Notes under the pieces: generated by a model | The model's input: the letters and a program-made list of their open reading frames with translations, nothing else | What the model was told of the DNA's origin: nothing | Database searches by the model: none | Position numbers and translations under genes: made by a program | Assembly (NCBI GenBank): GCA_963666835.2 | Contig: CAXXGO010000001.1 | Coordinates: 1,568,001-1,632,000, forward strand | DNA from: Phycisphaerae bacterium | Lineage (GTDB): Bacteria > Planctomycetota > Phycisphaerae > UBA1845 | Length of the DNA stretch: 64,000 bases | Direction: 5' to 3' | Shown: positions 37,274-48,905 of the stretch, piece after piece | How positions within the stretch are numbered: the stretch's first letter is position 1 | Layout of the letters: each line of letters starts with the position of its first letter

Positions 37274-39259
37274 CTACCCGTTACCTCGATTCATCTCCGC
37301 CAGTTGGTCTCGAATGACTGCTTCGAACCCGCCCTTAACGACCAGTTCCTGAGCGATTTCGCCCAGCGGAGCGAAAGTGTACGTCTTGCCGTCGTATTCA
37401 ATTGCCGCGTTTACGAAATCCACCTTGGCGACTCGGCCGGTCCGAATGGTCGCGCTCTTATCGTCTGCGAATGCCTGCACGAGATCTTCTACCAGCTCCG
37501 GGCACTCTATCACGATATAACCGTTGTTGAAGGCGTTTCGCTTGTACGTCTGAGAATACGAACCGGCGATGACCATCTGCAGTCCGCGGTACTTCAGGGC
37601 GGTCGCGGCCTGTTCGCGCGACGACCCCGAGCCGAAGTTGTAGCCTCCGACCAACAGATCCCCCTCCTTGGCCAGCTCCTGGAACTTCGGGTCATAGTTC
37701 AACATGGCCTTGGAGCCCATTTCCGCCGGGGCAAGGTTGTCCTGATAGGTGAACTCCTTGCCGTAGATGCCGTCGGTGTTCATGTTGTCCTTCGGGACGA
37801 ACAGCAGCTCACCTTCGAGCGTCTTGGGGAACCCATCCAGAATCGTGGTTGCCTTGGATTCGGCTGGTGGTCTGGTCGCCGTACGTACCGTGCTCCCGCG
37901 CTTAAGGGCACTGCGCGATTCGTCCGCACTCATCCCACCCGGGGTCGGATCGGCAATCCTACCGGCGACCGCAGACGCCGCGACAACCGTCGGGCTGGCC
38001 AAGTACACTTGAGAATCCGGGGCGCCCATTCGCCCCTTGAAGTTCCGGTTGGTCGCGGAGATGCCGACCTGCCCACTGTCGAGCACCCCATCTCCCAGCC
38101 CGATGCACGGTCCGCACCCGGGTGGTAAGGCGATGGCCCCGGCGTCCAACAGAGTACCCCATGCTCCGGCTTGCCGGGCCTGCTCTTCAACCTCGCTGGA
38201 GGCGGCGGCAATGTAGAGCTTGACTCCGTCGGCAACACGTTTTCCGGCGATGACCTTGGCGGCGTCTACGAAGTCCTCCAGCCGCCCGTTCACACAACTG
38301 AGCAGGTACGCCTTATCGATCCTGACGTTGCGTTGCTCCATCTCCGGCAGCGGTACGATGGTCTTCACTTCGTTCGGCCCGGCCACGTGAGGAGTGACGG
38401 CCGCGAGGTCGAAGTCCAACTCCTTGGCATAGAAGGAATCGGCATCTGCCTGTGGTGCATCGGCGCTGATTCGTTCAACGATCTCGGCGGTCAGGCGGGG
38501 TTGGGCATCGCCGCGCTTCGCCATTACCTCTGCACGCTGGAGCAGGTAGCGGCGGGTGACGTCATCGAAGGGGAATACTCCCGCGAGGGCGCCCCATTCG
38601 GTACTCATGTTGGCTATGGCGATACGACCTTCCATGCTCAACTTGGCGATGCCGGGTCCGGCGAACTCCAGACAGCAGTTGAGCACTTCGTCGTTGTTGA
38701 AAGTGCCGATCAGCGCGATTACCACATCCTTGCCGCTGACGCCGGCACGAGGTTCACCCGTCAGGTTCACCCGAACGACGTCCGGTACTTGCCACCACGT
38801 CCGGCCTGTGGCCCAGATTGCGGCCGCATCGGTCCGGACCACGGGAGTCCCCAGCGCGGCCATCGCCCCGTATATATTGGAGTGAGAATCCGAGCCCACG
38901 ACGAACGTGCCGGGCAGGGCGAAGCCTTCTTCGATCATGATCTGATGTCCGATCCCACGACCGACCGGATAGAAGGCTACGCCGTTCTTCTTGGCGAACG
39001 CTTCGATCTTGGCATACTTCGCCAGATTCGCCTCGCTTTTGTTCTGGATGTCGTGGTCCAGGGCATACATCGGTTGTTCGGGATGGCACACGCGCTGCGC
39101 GCCCATACTCTCGAATTTGGGAATAACCGCGCCGGTATTGTCATGTGTCATGACGTGGGCGGGGCGGATGGACAGAAAGTCACCGCTACGAACGGTGTGT
39201 CCTTCCGGAAGCCCGACGGCGAAACGCTGGGCGATCTTCTCAACCAGATTGGATCCCAT
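37274..39259 (-). CDS. Single-chain homoaconitase-like (LysF/Lys4-type) aconitase-family enzyme
   Basis: HVMTHDN, GRGIGHQIMIEEG, DSHSNIYG, SCVNGR, GCGPCIGLG, NRNFKGRMG, fused swivel domain GSSREQAA. Confidence 0.85.
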   Translation of the reverse strand: MGSNLVEKIAQRFAVGLPEGHTVRSGDFLSIRPAHVMTHDNTGAVIPKFESMGAQRVCHPEQPMYALDHDIQNKSEANLAKYAKIEAFAKKNGVAFYPVGRGIGHQIMIEEGFALPGTFVVGSDSHSNIYGAMAALGTPVVRTDAAAIWATGRTWWQVPDVVRVNLTGEPRAGVSGKDVVIALIGTFNNDEVLNCCLEFAGPGIAKLSMEGRIAIANMSTEWGALAGVFPFDDVTRRYLLQRAEVMAKRGDAQPRLTAEIVERISADAPQADADSFYAKELDFDLAAVTPHVAGPNEVKTIVPLPEMEQRNVRIDKAYLLSCVNGRLEDFVDAAKVIAGKRVADGVKLYIAAASSEVEEQARQAGAWGTLLDAGAIALPPGCGPCIGLGDGVLDSGQVGISATNRNFKGRMGAPDSQVYLASPTVVAASAVAGRIADPTPGGMSADESRSALKRGSTVRTATRPPAESKATTILDGFPKTLEGELLFVPKDNMNTDGIYGKEFTYQDNLAPAEMGSKAMLNYDPKFQELAKEGDLLVGGYNFGSGSSREQAATALKYRGLQMVIAGSYSQTYKRNAFNNGYIVIECPELVEDLVQAFADDKSATIRTGRVAKVDFVNAAIEYDGKTYTFAPLGEIAQELVVKGGFEAVIRDQLAEMNRGNG

Positions 39260-39262
39260 CTG

Positions 39263-41080
39263 TCAGTCCTTTCCACCGGCTAAAAGCCCGCCGCGCCGAT
39301 AGATGGCCAACTGGGCTTCCGGAAATGCAAGACCTTGAATTCTCTCAGTGCCGGTCGTTCGCGTTACGGTTCCGGACTCGAAATCCACTTCGAGATCCTC
39401 GCCGTTTTCGATACTAGTGCTCAAGGCGTCGGCGCAAAGGACGGCGAGTCCGGCGTTGATGGCGTTACGTTCGTAAATAGCGCCGAACGACTCCGCCACG
39501 ATCACCGAGACGCCGAGGGCTTTGAAGCAGTCGACGGCCTGCTGTCGCGAACTTCCGCACCCGAAGTTCTTTCCTGTCACGATAATGTCACCCGGCTTGA
39601 CCTTCCTAGAGAAATCCTCCCACCCGTCGAGGTTGCCGAAGGCATACTGCTTCATCTCCTCCGGGTCGGTCACGGTCAGGTGCCGGTTGTGGTAGATCAT
39701 ATCTGTATCGATATTGTCCTGCCGGATCACCCACGTCCGACCTTGGACCTTCGTTGGGTGGGCGGAGTCCCCGGCCGCCGAGCGTTTGCCCGGCGCGGCG
39801 CCGGCTGCCGCAGGCTTCTCGAACTGCACGGGTTGGTCGGGGATTTTGTCGGCCGTGGTGATTACCCCGGCTACCGCCGAGGCTGCCGCCGTCTGCGGCG
39901 AGGCAAGGTACACGAGCCCCTTGCCCTGCTTGCCCGGGAAGTTCCGATTGCCCGTGCTGACGGTGGTCTCTCCGGGGCCGTTCTGACCGATTTGCCCCGC
40001 GGCGCATCCCGCGCATCCCGCGTTGCCCAACAAGGCCCCGGCATCTTTGAATACCTTAATCAGCCCTTCATCGAGCAGCCGCCGCCAGACGACATCCGTG
40101 GCCGGGACGATCTTCAGCACTACCCCCGGAGCCACTGTTCGGCCCGTGAGAACGTCCGCCGCCGCGGCGAGGTCCTCGTACCGCCCATTGGTGCATGACC
40201 CGATGAACACCGAGCCCACCTTGGTGCCGGCAGCTTCCGTAACCGGGACGACGTCGTCCGGACGTCCGGGCCGGGCGATCATCGGTCCGACGCCGCCGAT
40301 ATCGACGACAACCTCGTCCGAATACACGGCGTCCGGATCCGCGAAGACCGGAGTGACGTCACGTCCCGCTGCCTTGCGGCAGTAATCGAGGACTTTTTGA
40401 TTGGGGGGGAACAGCATGATGATCCCGCCCATTTCCGTACACATTGACGCCAGCGTGGCGCGCCCGGCCAGATCGAGCTGGTCGACATAGGGGCCATAGA
40501 ACTCCGCGGCCAGTCCGAGCAGTCCGTTAGCGCCGAAATGGCCAACGAGTGCCAGAGTGACATCCTTCGGCGCGGCGCCTTCGGCCGGCATGCCCTTCAG
40601 GGTGACCTTGATGGTCTTGGGGACCTTGAACCAGACCGTCCCATGGGCAAACGCGTGGGCGATGTCCTGATCGCCCATCCCCTGACCAAATGCGCCGATC
40701 GCGCCCAGGATGTTGGCGTGGGAGTCCGTTGAAACGAGGGTGCCGCCCGGGCCCACCAACCCAAGATCGATGGCTAAGTGCGTTCCGATCCCCGCGTCGA
40801 TGTCGTGTACGGTGATTCCGTGCTCCCGGGCGAAGACGCGGCAGAGCTGCTGGTTCTTGGCATAGTTCTGATCCGAACCGCCCGGGTTGCAGTCGAAGGT
40901 GAAGAAGGTTTGCGCCGGTTCGGCCACCGGGAGCTCGTTGTCCCGGATGTTCTTGACTACGTTGGCGCCTCCGAAATCGCGGGCGATCCTAGCGTCGATA
41001 GCCAGATCGACCACTTCTCCGGCTTTCGCCGGTTTTGCGGAGTGTTCGGTGATGATCTTCTCGATTAACGTCTGTCCCAT
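39263..41080 (-). CDS. Fused large+small LeuC/LeuD(HacAB)-like hydro-lyase
   Basis: DSHANILGA, GSCTNGR, GCAGC, NRNFPGKQG, linker, DNIDTDMI, NFGCGSSRQQA. Confidence 0.88.
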   Translation of the reverse strand: MGQTLIEKIITEHSAKPAKAGEVVDLAIDARIARDFGGANVVKNIRDNELPVAEPAQTFFTFDCNPGGSDQNYAKNQQLCRVFAREHGITVHDIDAGIGTHLAIDLGLVGPGGTLVSTDSHANILGAIGAFGQGMGDQDIAHAFAHGTVWFKVPKTIKVTLKGMPAEGAAPKDVTLALVGHFGANGLLGLAAEFYGPYVDQLDLAGRATLASMCTEMGGIIMLFPPNQKVLDYCRKAAGRDVTPVFADPDAVYSDEVVVDIGGVGPMIARPGRPDDVVPVTEAAGTKVGSVFIGSCTNGRYEDLAAAADVLTGRTVAPGVVLKIVPATDVVWRRLLDEGLIKVFKDAGALLGNAGCAGCAAGQIGQNGPGETTVSTGNRNFPGKQGKGLVYLASPQTAAASAVAGVITTADKIPDQPVQFEKPAAAGAAPGKRSAAGDSAHPTKVQGRTWVIRQDNIDTDMIYHNRHLTVTDPEEMKQYAFGNLDGWEDFSRKVKPGDIIVTGKNFGCGSSRQQAVDCFKALGVSVIVAESFGAIYERNAINAGLAVLCADALSTSIENGEDLEVDFESGTVTRTTGTERIQGLAFPEAQLAIYRRGGLLAGGKD

Positions 41081-41177
41081 GATGTTGCCTCGCTTGGCTG
41101 GACGGCCTTTCGATCCGTCAAGTCGTGGACGGGTGGTGTATTACCCGACGCCGACCACGGTTTGTTCCTTCTTTCGC

Positions 41178-42359
41178 TCAGAGCTTCGCGATGATTGCGT
41201 CGATCATCTGCGTCGTTGTCGCGGCCCCCTGGTCGAGCACTTCCTGGCAGCCGGTAAGCCGCATCATGTCGTAAGTGCGGGTCTTGCCTTCCGCGATGAC
41301 CGCCGCCGTTGCTTTGCGGATTCGGTCGGCCGTCTCCGTTTCGTTGATGTGGTCCAGCATCATGCAGGCCGATAGGACCATGGCGATCGGGTTGACGATC
41401 GGAGGGTCGAGGTTCTCATATTTCGGGGCGGAGCCGTGGGTCGGCTCGAACACGGCAACTTCCTTGCCGATGTTGGCGCTGCAGGCGAAACCGAGTCCGC
41501 CGACCAGTCCGGCGAACCCGTCGGAGACGATGTCTCCGAACATGTTGCCACTGACCAGGACTCCATAGTCCTCCGGGTTCTTGGTCAGCCACATCATCTG
41601 GGCGTCGATGTTCGTTTCCCAAAGGGCGATTCCCGGATAGTCCTGTGCGGCGAGTTTGGCCTCAGCGCGCATCATGCCGGAAGTCTCGCGGATGACGTTG
41701 GGCTTCTCGCAGACGGTTACGGACTTGTAGCCGAACTTCTTGGCGTAGGCGAAGGCCTCGCGCACGATTCGACGGCAGGCCTTGCGGGTGAAGATCCGCG
41801 TCGATATCGCGAGATCCTCACTGGGGCAGTCCTTGAACCTGGCCATCCTCGGGTGCGTCTCCAGGGCGCTGCGGACGTTTGCAGGCGGGTTGGTCCATTC
41901 GACCCCGCCGTAGAGTCCCTCAGTGTTCTGCCGGAAGATCACGGCGTCGACCTTGGGCTCCACAAACCCGTCACCGTCGCGCCGAATGAAGTTCAGCGGG
42001 TTTCCGGGGAATGACTGGCACGGGCGGATGCTTATATCCAGGTCGAAGTGCTGCCGCAGGCCGACGATCGGACTGCTGTAAACAAAACCCTTGTCCCTCA
42101 GTTTCGGCGAAAGCTCTGCGGCGGCTTGGTCCTTCGGCTTGGACGTGATCGCCCCGAACAGGCCAATCTTGTGCTCTTCCAGGAGCTTGATCGTCCGCTC
42201 GGGCAGGGCGTTTCCTTCGTTGATCCAGAACTCCCATCCGATGTCCGCGTGAACGTAATCCGCTTCGAAGCCGGCGGTCTCCAAGACCTGAATGGTCCCC
42301 GGCAGAACCACCTTCCCGATGCCGTCGCCCGGCATGCTCACAATCGTCCTTTTTGCCAC
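41178..42359 (-). CDS. Isocitrate/isopropylmalate/homoisocitrate dehydrogenase family protein
   Basis: PGDGIG, RQNTEGLY, KPNV, NMFGDIVSD, FEPTHGSAPK, NPIAMVLS. Confidence 0.92.
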   Translation of the reverse strand: MAKRTIVSMPGDGIGKVVLPGTIQVLETAGFEADYVHADIGWEFWINEGNALPERTIKLLEEHKIGLFGAITSKPKDQAAAELSPKLRDKGFVYSSPIVGLRQHFDLDISIRPCQSFPGNPLNFIRRDGDGFVEPKVDAVIFRQNTEGLYGGVEWTNPPANVRSALETHPRMARFKDCPSEDLAISTRIFTRKACRRIVREAFAYAKKFGYKSVTVCEKPNVIRETSGMMRAEAKLAAQDYPGIALWETNIDAQMMWLTKNPEDYGVLVSGNMFGDIVSDGFAGLVGGLGFACSANIGKEVAVFEPTHGSAPKYENLDPPIVNPIAMVLSACMMLDHINETETADRIRKATAAVIAEGKTRTYDMMRLTGCQEVLDQGAATTTQMIDAIIAKL

Positions 42360-42564
42360 GGTCTATCTCCCCAAAGAATGGTCGGAGTTACGGTCTCCGC
42401 AAGTTCTCTATGTCCTTTGCCGCTCGCCTTCCAAGCGTGCTCCACATACGGCGCGGGCACTCTAGGCGACGACCGACTGCTAAGCAAGCCTTGTGCCAAC
42501 AAGGTGCGCAACACGGGTGTACCGGAAACGGCTGAAGGCGAGCGTAACTCCCAACATTATACCT

Positions 42565-43044
42565 TCAACCGGCAGCGCCGCGGTGGGACTTGGGTCCGCC
42601 CAACGGCTGAAATAATAGAGTACATTGGCCGTTAGCTCCGGCGGCAGTCTTGCGCATTTGTCGGGTCAGCCAGTGTTCGATGACCCGCCCGACATAGGCA
42701 ACCTCCGACGCATCCAACGGGCGGCCTCGTTCGATGTGATGCCACTTGGCCAGACACGATCGACAGCACGTGGCCGTGGCGTGCTGGGCGACAAACACGG
42801 GGTGTCCGCACATAGGGGTTTGCCGGCCGTCGTTTTTCGGCGCGGCTGGCGCCAGGCGGACCTCAATGAACTTGCGACCGTGCGCCAGGACCGTTTCCAA
42901 GCCCTTGGTTTGCAGGTAAGCGGACTCGGCTCTCCCGAGGCGGAAACGTCGCCGGAAGGCCGAGCGTGCCAACCTCGCCAGCACGATCTCGATCTGCGAA
43001 TCGTCGTTCTGTTCGGCCGTCTCGTTTTGATTGGTTTCCGTCAC
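42565..43044 (-). CDS. DUF4186 family protein
   Basis: RLARSAFRRRFRL...NDGRQTP..GHPVFVAQHATATCCRSCLAKWH. Confidence 0.85.
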   Translation of the reverse strand: MTETNQNETAEQNDDSQIEIVLARLARSAFRRRFRLGRAESAYLQTKGLETVLAHGRKFIEVRLAPAAPKNDGRQTPMCGHPVFVAQHATATCCRSCLAKWHHIERGRPLDASEVAYVGRVIEHWLTRQMRKTAAGANGQCTLLFQPLGGPKSHRGAAG

Positions 43045-43121
43045 CGCCGATCATCCGTTGGAAGGGCGGTACTTCGCCCATGATGAGGCGCGCCACGACT
43101 ATCGGACCTGCCGGGCAGGCG

Positions 43122-44096
43122 TCAGAAAATCCGGCAGTCTTTGGGGAAGGCCTCATCCAAGGCCGCCGCCATATCGTCCGTTATTTCAACGCTCAACGCG
43201 TCGAGGTTCTCGCGGAGTTGATCGATGCGGGTCACTCCGAGGATGACGCTCGATACGCCGGGCTGGGCCGCCGCCCAGGCAAGGGCCAATTGAGCCCGGC
43301 TGCAGCCGGCTCGGTCCGCTTGCGTCTTGAACTTGCGGACTCGTTCTATTCTCTCGTCGGCAATGGCTTCTTCGCGGAGCCACTCCAGCCGCTGCAGACG
43401 TGACCCTTGCGGCAGACCATCGTCGTACTTGCCGGTCAACATACCGAACGCCAGCGGGCTCCACAGAACCAGCCCCATGCCGTATTCTACTGCCACCGGG
43501 CGCACGTCTTGTTCGAATTTCGCTCTAGCCAGCAAGCTGTATTGGGGCTGCTCTACCTGTGGACGATACAGGTTCGCCGCGTTGCACAGATCGTTGACCT
43601 CCCGTAGTTGGCTACCGGTCCACTCGCTTGTGCCCCAATATAGAATCTTGCCCTGGTGGATCAGGTCGTCCATTGCCCGGGCCGTTTCCTCGATCGGTGT
43701 CTCTTTGTCGAAGCGGTGGCAGAAGTATATGTCCAGATAGTCCGTGCCGATGCGGCGAAGGCTCTTGTCCACCGATTCCATGATGTGCTTGCGGGACAGG
43801 CCCCGGTTGTTGATGTGCCCGCTCATCGGGTAGAAGACCTTCGACGATATCACCAGCTCGTGACGGGGGAAGTCGCCGAGCACCTTACCCATGGCCCGCT
43901 CGGTCTCGCCGGTCGCGTAAATGTCGGCGGTGTCGAAGAAGTTGATCCCGGATTCGAAACCGGCCTGGAGGATATCCCGGACCGCCGCCTCGTCCTTCAC
44001 GCTATCCCCAAAGGTCGTCCAGCCTCCCAGGCCGAACGTGCTGACTTTCGTTCCACAGCGCCCCAGCGGGCGATAGGTCGTTTTCGACTCCGGCAT
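43122..44096 (-). CDS. Aldo/keto reductase (Kv-beta-like)
   Basis: ATG 44096 after GAGGAGG; GINFFDTADIY, GLSRKHIMESV, YWGTSEW, WSPLAFGMLTGKY. Confidence 0.94.
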   Translation of the reverse strand: MPESKTTYRPLGRCGTKVSTFGLGGWTTFGDSVKDEAAVRDILQAGFESGINFFDTADIYATGETERAMGKVLGDFPRHELVISSKVFYPMSGHINNRGLSRKHIMESVDKSLRRIGTDYLDIYFCHRFDKETPIEETARAMDDLIHQGKILYWGTSEWTGSQLREVNDLCNAANLYRPQVEQPQYSLLARAKFEQDVRPVAVEYGMGLVLWSPLAFGMLTGKYDDGLPQGSRLQRLEWLREEAIADERIERVRKFKTQADRAGCSRAQLALAWAAAQPGVSSVILGVTRIDQLRENLDALSVEITDDMAAALDEAFPKDCRIF

Positions 44097-44145
44097 GTGG
44101 TACCCTCCTCGGTCTGATCTCCCCCGTGAGGGACGCTGGCGTCCT

Positions 44146-44610
44146 TCACTCGGTTTCCAGGAAGACGTAGTCCGTGGGCGACATTCCCAGCCCGCGGTAC
44201 GTATTAATGGCCCGCCGGTTGTCCCGGCGAACGTAAAGCCGCAGCCCTCGTATCTCGTGCCGGCTCTGAGCCAGTTTGTGGATGTGCTCGTAGAGCGCGC
44301 GAAACACGCCCTGGCCGCGATGCTCGGGGGCCACGTAAACACTCTGAATCCACCAGAAGAAGCCGTTTCGCCAGTCACTCCACTCGGTGGTTACCATTGT
44401 CTGGCCCACCACCGTGCCGTCGACCTCGGCCAGGTAGTACGTGCCCAGCCGGGGATTGCCCAGAGCTCTTCGGACACCGTCCCCGACGGCGGCGGGGTCC
44501 AGAGTGATTCCCTCGGTTTCTGCGGCCATCGCCTGGTTGAAAGCGGCGATCGTGCGGGCGTCGGTCAGGGTTGCGTGTCGAACCACCGGGGACGTTTCGC
44601 TTGTGTCCAT
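44146..44610 (-). CDS. GNAT family acetyltransferase
   Basis: EWSDWRNG..WWIQSVYVAPEHRGQGVF...RLYV..DNRRA..TY. Confidence 0.92.
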   Translation of the reverse strand: MDTSETSPVVRHATLTDARTIAAFNQAMAAETEGITLDPAAVGDGVRRALGNPRLGTYYLAEVDGTVVGQTMVTTEWSDWRNGFFWWIQSVYVAPEHRGQGVFRALYEHIHKLAQSRHEIRGLRLYVRRDNRRAINTYRGLGMSPTDYVFLETE

Positions 44611-44837
44611 GGGACCTCCCTTGCGACGTTCCGCTCCGGCGATAGTGGTAGCCGTTGGGGCGGCGAGCCAGGTTAGGACCGGCGTCGGCGAGCAACTGCG
44701 TCCGCTCCAACCGGTCAGTTATACATCGTATCGATTCCGCCGCTGGGGACAAACGGTCGGACCCCGGTTGGTGGCCACCCTTGAGGCGTGTCGAACGCTT
44801 CCCGGTCACCACGCCTCCCGCCGGGAACGTCCGATCC

Positions 44838-44994
44838 TGTCAATATGGCACGCCGCGACGCGAGCGGCGGGTCGGTCTGCCATGCTGGCAGTCGCGCAGG
44901 GGCGGAAAGTGCCGCGGTCAGGGGGTGCAAGTCGTTATATTTCAAGGAGTTATCGTGAATACGCCGTCTTGCGAGGACTGGCCCGAGAGTTGCT
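44838..44994 (+). promoter_or_regulatory. Sigma54-type promoter with two upstream palindromes and an IHF-like site
   Basis: TGTCA-ATA-TGGCA (44838-44850), TGCCA-TGC-TGGCA (44878-44890), TTTCAAGGAGTTA (44940-44952), TGGCCCG-AGAG-TTGCT (44979-44994). Confidence 0.7.
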
Positions 44995-45093
44995 TTTGAT
45001 ATACCGGCGTTCGGTGCGCGATGATACGCGCGCCGGGTTTAACGATGAAAACCCGTCGGGTTTTGAGTGTTTTCGAAAGAGGAGACAGGCGAT

Positions 45094-46728
45094 ATGGCGG
45101 TCAAGCAGTTGGCCTACGAACAGGAGGCGCGGCAGGCCCTGTGGAGCGGGGTCGAGAAGTTGGCCAGTGCGGTCAAATCGACGCTCGGTCCTCGCGGCCG
45201 GAATGCTGTCATCGACAAGGGGTGGGGCGGTCCGACCGTTACGAAGGACGGCGTTACGGTGGCCGAGGAAGTCGATCTCGAAGACAAGTACGAGAATATG
45301 GGGGCTCAGCTTGTCAAAGAGGCCGCGAGCAAGACGAGTGAAGTGGCCGGTGACGGCACCACCACGGCGACCGTCCTGGCGGAAGCGATTTTTCGGCAGG
45401 GGCTCAAGAACGTAGCGGCGGGGGCCAGCGGAAACGCGATCAACCGGGGGATTGTGAAGGCCGTCGATGCCGTTATTGAGGCGGTCAAGGGGATGTCCCG
45501 TCCGGTACGGGTCAACAAACGCGAGGACATCGTCAATGTCGCGAAGATCTCGGCCAACAATGACGAGACGATCGGGAAGCTGTTGGCGGATTGCTTCGAC
45601 AAGGTGGGCAAAGACGGCGTAATCACTGTCGAGGAAGGCAAGACGGCCGATACGGTCATCGAGGTCGTGGAAGGGATGCAGTTCGACCGGGGGTTCCTTT
45701 CGCCGCACTTTGTGACGGATCAGGATGCCGTCGAGTGCGCATTGGACAGGCCGCTGATTCTCATTCATGAGGAGAAGATCAGCAGTGTCCCCAAGTTGGT
45801 TCCACTGCTGGAGAAGGTGGCCAAGGCGAAGAAACCGCTGTTGATCATCGCCGAGGACGTTGAAGGCGAGGTTCTGGCGACGTTAGTCGTGAACAAACTC
45901 CGGGGCATCCTGGATGTCTGTGCGGTCAAGGCGCCGGGTTACGGCGATCGCCGCAAGGCTATGCTGGAGGATATTGCGGCGCTGACTGGGGCGACGGCGA
46001 TAATGAAGGACCTCGGCTTGGATCTCGAGAAGGTCTCAATCAAGGATCTCGGGCAGGCCAAGAAGGTACGCATCGACTCGAATAACACGACCATCGTCGA
46101 GGGGGCCGGCTCGACAGCCGCTATCAAAGAGCGGATCACGCAAATCGGAGCGGAGATCGAATCTACAACTTCTGACTACGATCGGGAGAAGCTCGAGGAG
46201 CGTCGGGCCAAGCTGGTCGGCGGTGTCGCCCAGATCAACGTTGGGGCGGCTACCGAAACCGAACTTAAGGAAAAGAAGGCTCGGATCGAGGACGCTTTGC
46301 ACGCTACCCGGGCGGCTATTGAAGAGGGTATCGTCGTCGGTGGCGGAGTTGCCCTGCTGCGGGCGACCGAAGCTCTTGATGGGCTGAAGTTGAAGGGTGA
46401 CGAGCGTACCGGAGCGGATATCGTTCGCGCGGCGCTGGAGGCCCCCTTACGGCAGATCGCGGCGAACGCCGGGCTCAACCCCGGAGTGGTTCTGCACAAA
46501 GTCCGGGCGGGCACCGGGACGTTCGGCTTCAACGCTGAGACCGGCGAGTATACTGACCTGATGAAGGATGGCGTGATCGACCCCACCAAGGTCGTGCGTG
46601 CCGCTCTGGAGAACGGTAGTAGCGTTGCCCGCATTCTGCTCAGTGCGGATGTGTGCATTTCCGAGAAGCCGTCGGATGACGCTGACGCCGAAGCCGGGCC
46701 CGGTATGGGCGACGAAATGGACTACTAG
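45094..46728 (+). CDS. groEL: Chaperonin GroEL (paralog 1)
   Basis: [30 protein letters not shown] 45094 after GAGGAG. Confidence 0.98.
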   Translation: MAVKQLAYEQEARQALWSGVEKLASAVKSTLGPRGRNAVIDKGWGGPTVTKDGVTVAEEVDLEDKYENMGAQLVKEAASKTSEVAGDGTTTATVLAEAIFRQGLKNVAAGASGNAINRGIVKAVDAVIEAVKGMSRPVRVNKREDIVNVAKISANNDETIGKLLADCFDKVGKDGVITVEEGKTADTVIEVVEGMQFDRGFLSPHFVTDQDAVECALDRPLILIHEEKISSVPKLVPLLEKVAKAKKPLLIIAEDVEGEVLATLVVNKLRGILDVCAVKAPGYGDRRKAMLEDIAALTGATAIMKDLGLDLEKVSIKDLGQAKKVRIDSNNTTIVEGAGSTAAIKERITQIGAEIESTTSDYDREKLEERRAKLVGGVAQINVGAATETELKEKKARIEDALHATRAAIEEGIVVGGGVALLRATEALDGLKLKGDERTGADIVRAALEAPLRQIAANAGLNPGVVLHKVRAGTGTFGFNAETGEYTDLMKDGVIDPTKVVRAALENGSSVARILLSADVCISEKPSDDADAEAGPGMGDEMDY

Positions 46729-46840
46729 AAGACGGCGTTTCGCTACGCCGGGAGGAGTTGGGCAGAGACTCAACCGAACCAGGAAAGAACGAGGCGGCCG
46801 AGTCGACCTCGATCCAATAATTGACGGAGACAACCCAATC

Positions 46841-47161
46841 ATGGCAACCACAACCTCATGTAAGACGAAGATTAAGTTCCGCCCGATGGATGATCGCGTG
46901 CTGGTGCAGCCCGGCGAAGCCGAGGAGACCACCGTCGGTGGTATCATCCTGCCCGATACCGCCCGGGAAAAGCCGCAGCGCGGAGTGATTGTGGCGATGG
47001 GGCCGGGCAAGCTGCTCGACAGCGGAAAACGCGGCGAGATGTGTGTCAAGCTTGGTGACGAAGTGTTCTACGGGAAGTACTCGGGAACGGACGTCGAATT
47101 CGGCGGCGAGAAGCTCGTTGTGATCCGTGAGAACGATATTCTGGCGATTGTGGACAAGTAA
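46841..47161 (+). CDS. groES: Co-chaperonin GroES
   Basis: RPMDDRVLV...TVGGIILPDTAREKPQRG...KYSGT...ENDILA. Confidence 0.97.
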   Translation: MATTTSCKTKIKFRPMDDRVLVQPGEAEETTVGGIILPDTAREKPQRGVIVAMGPGKLLDSGKRGEMCVKLGDEVFYGKYSGTDVEFGGEKLVVIRENDILAIVDK

Positions 47162-47216
47162 CCAGACAATCCGGCCACGGCGATTGTCGTGCCGAGCATG
47201 AAGATAGGAGTTGGCT

Positions 47217-48827
<1,611 letters not shown>

Positions 48828-48849
48828 GTTTCCTTGGGTAGATTCATTC

Positions 48850-48882
48850 CGGGGGCGGGCGTTGTCGTCCGCCCCCGTTTCT
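48850..48882 (+). terminator. Internal terminator/stabiliser hairpin between groEL and dnaJ
   Basis: CGGGGGCGGGCG-TTGT-CGTCCGCCCCCG followed by TTTCT. Confidence 0.6.
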
Positions 48883-48905
48883 CCAACATGGATCTGTAAA
48901 GAGAG

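Noticed and set aside
44860..44920. CIRCE element upstream of groEL
   Set aside because: CTGGCAGTC half-site lacks a partner at N9 spacing.
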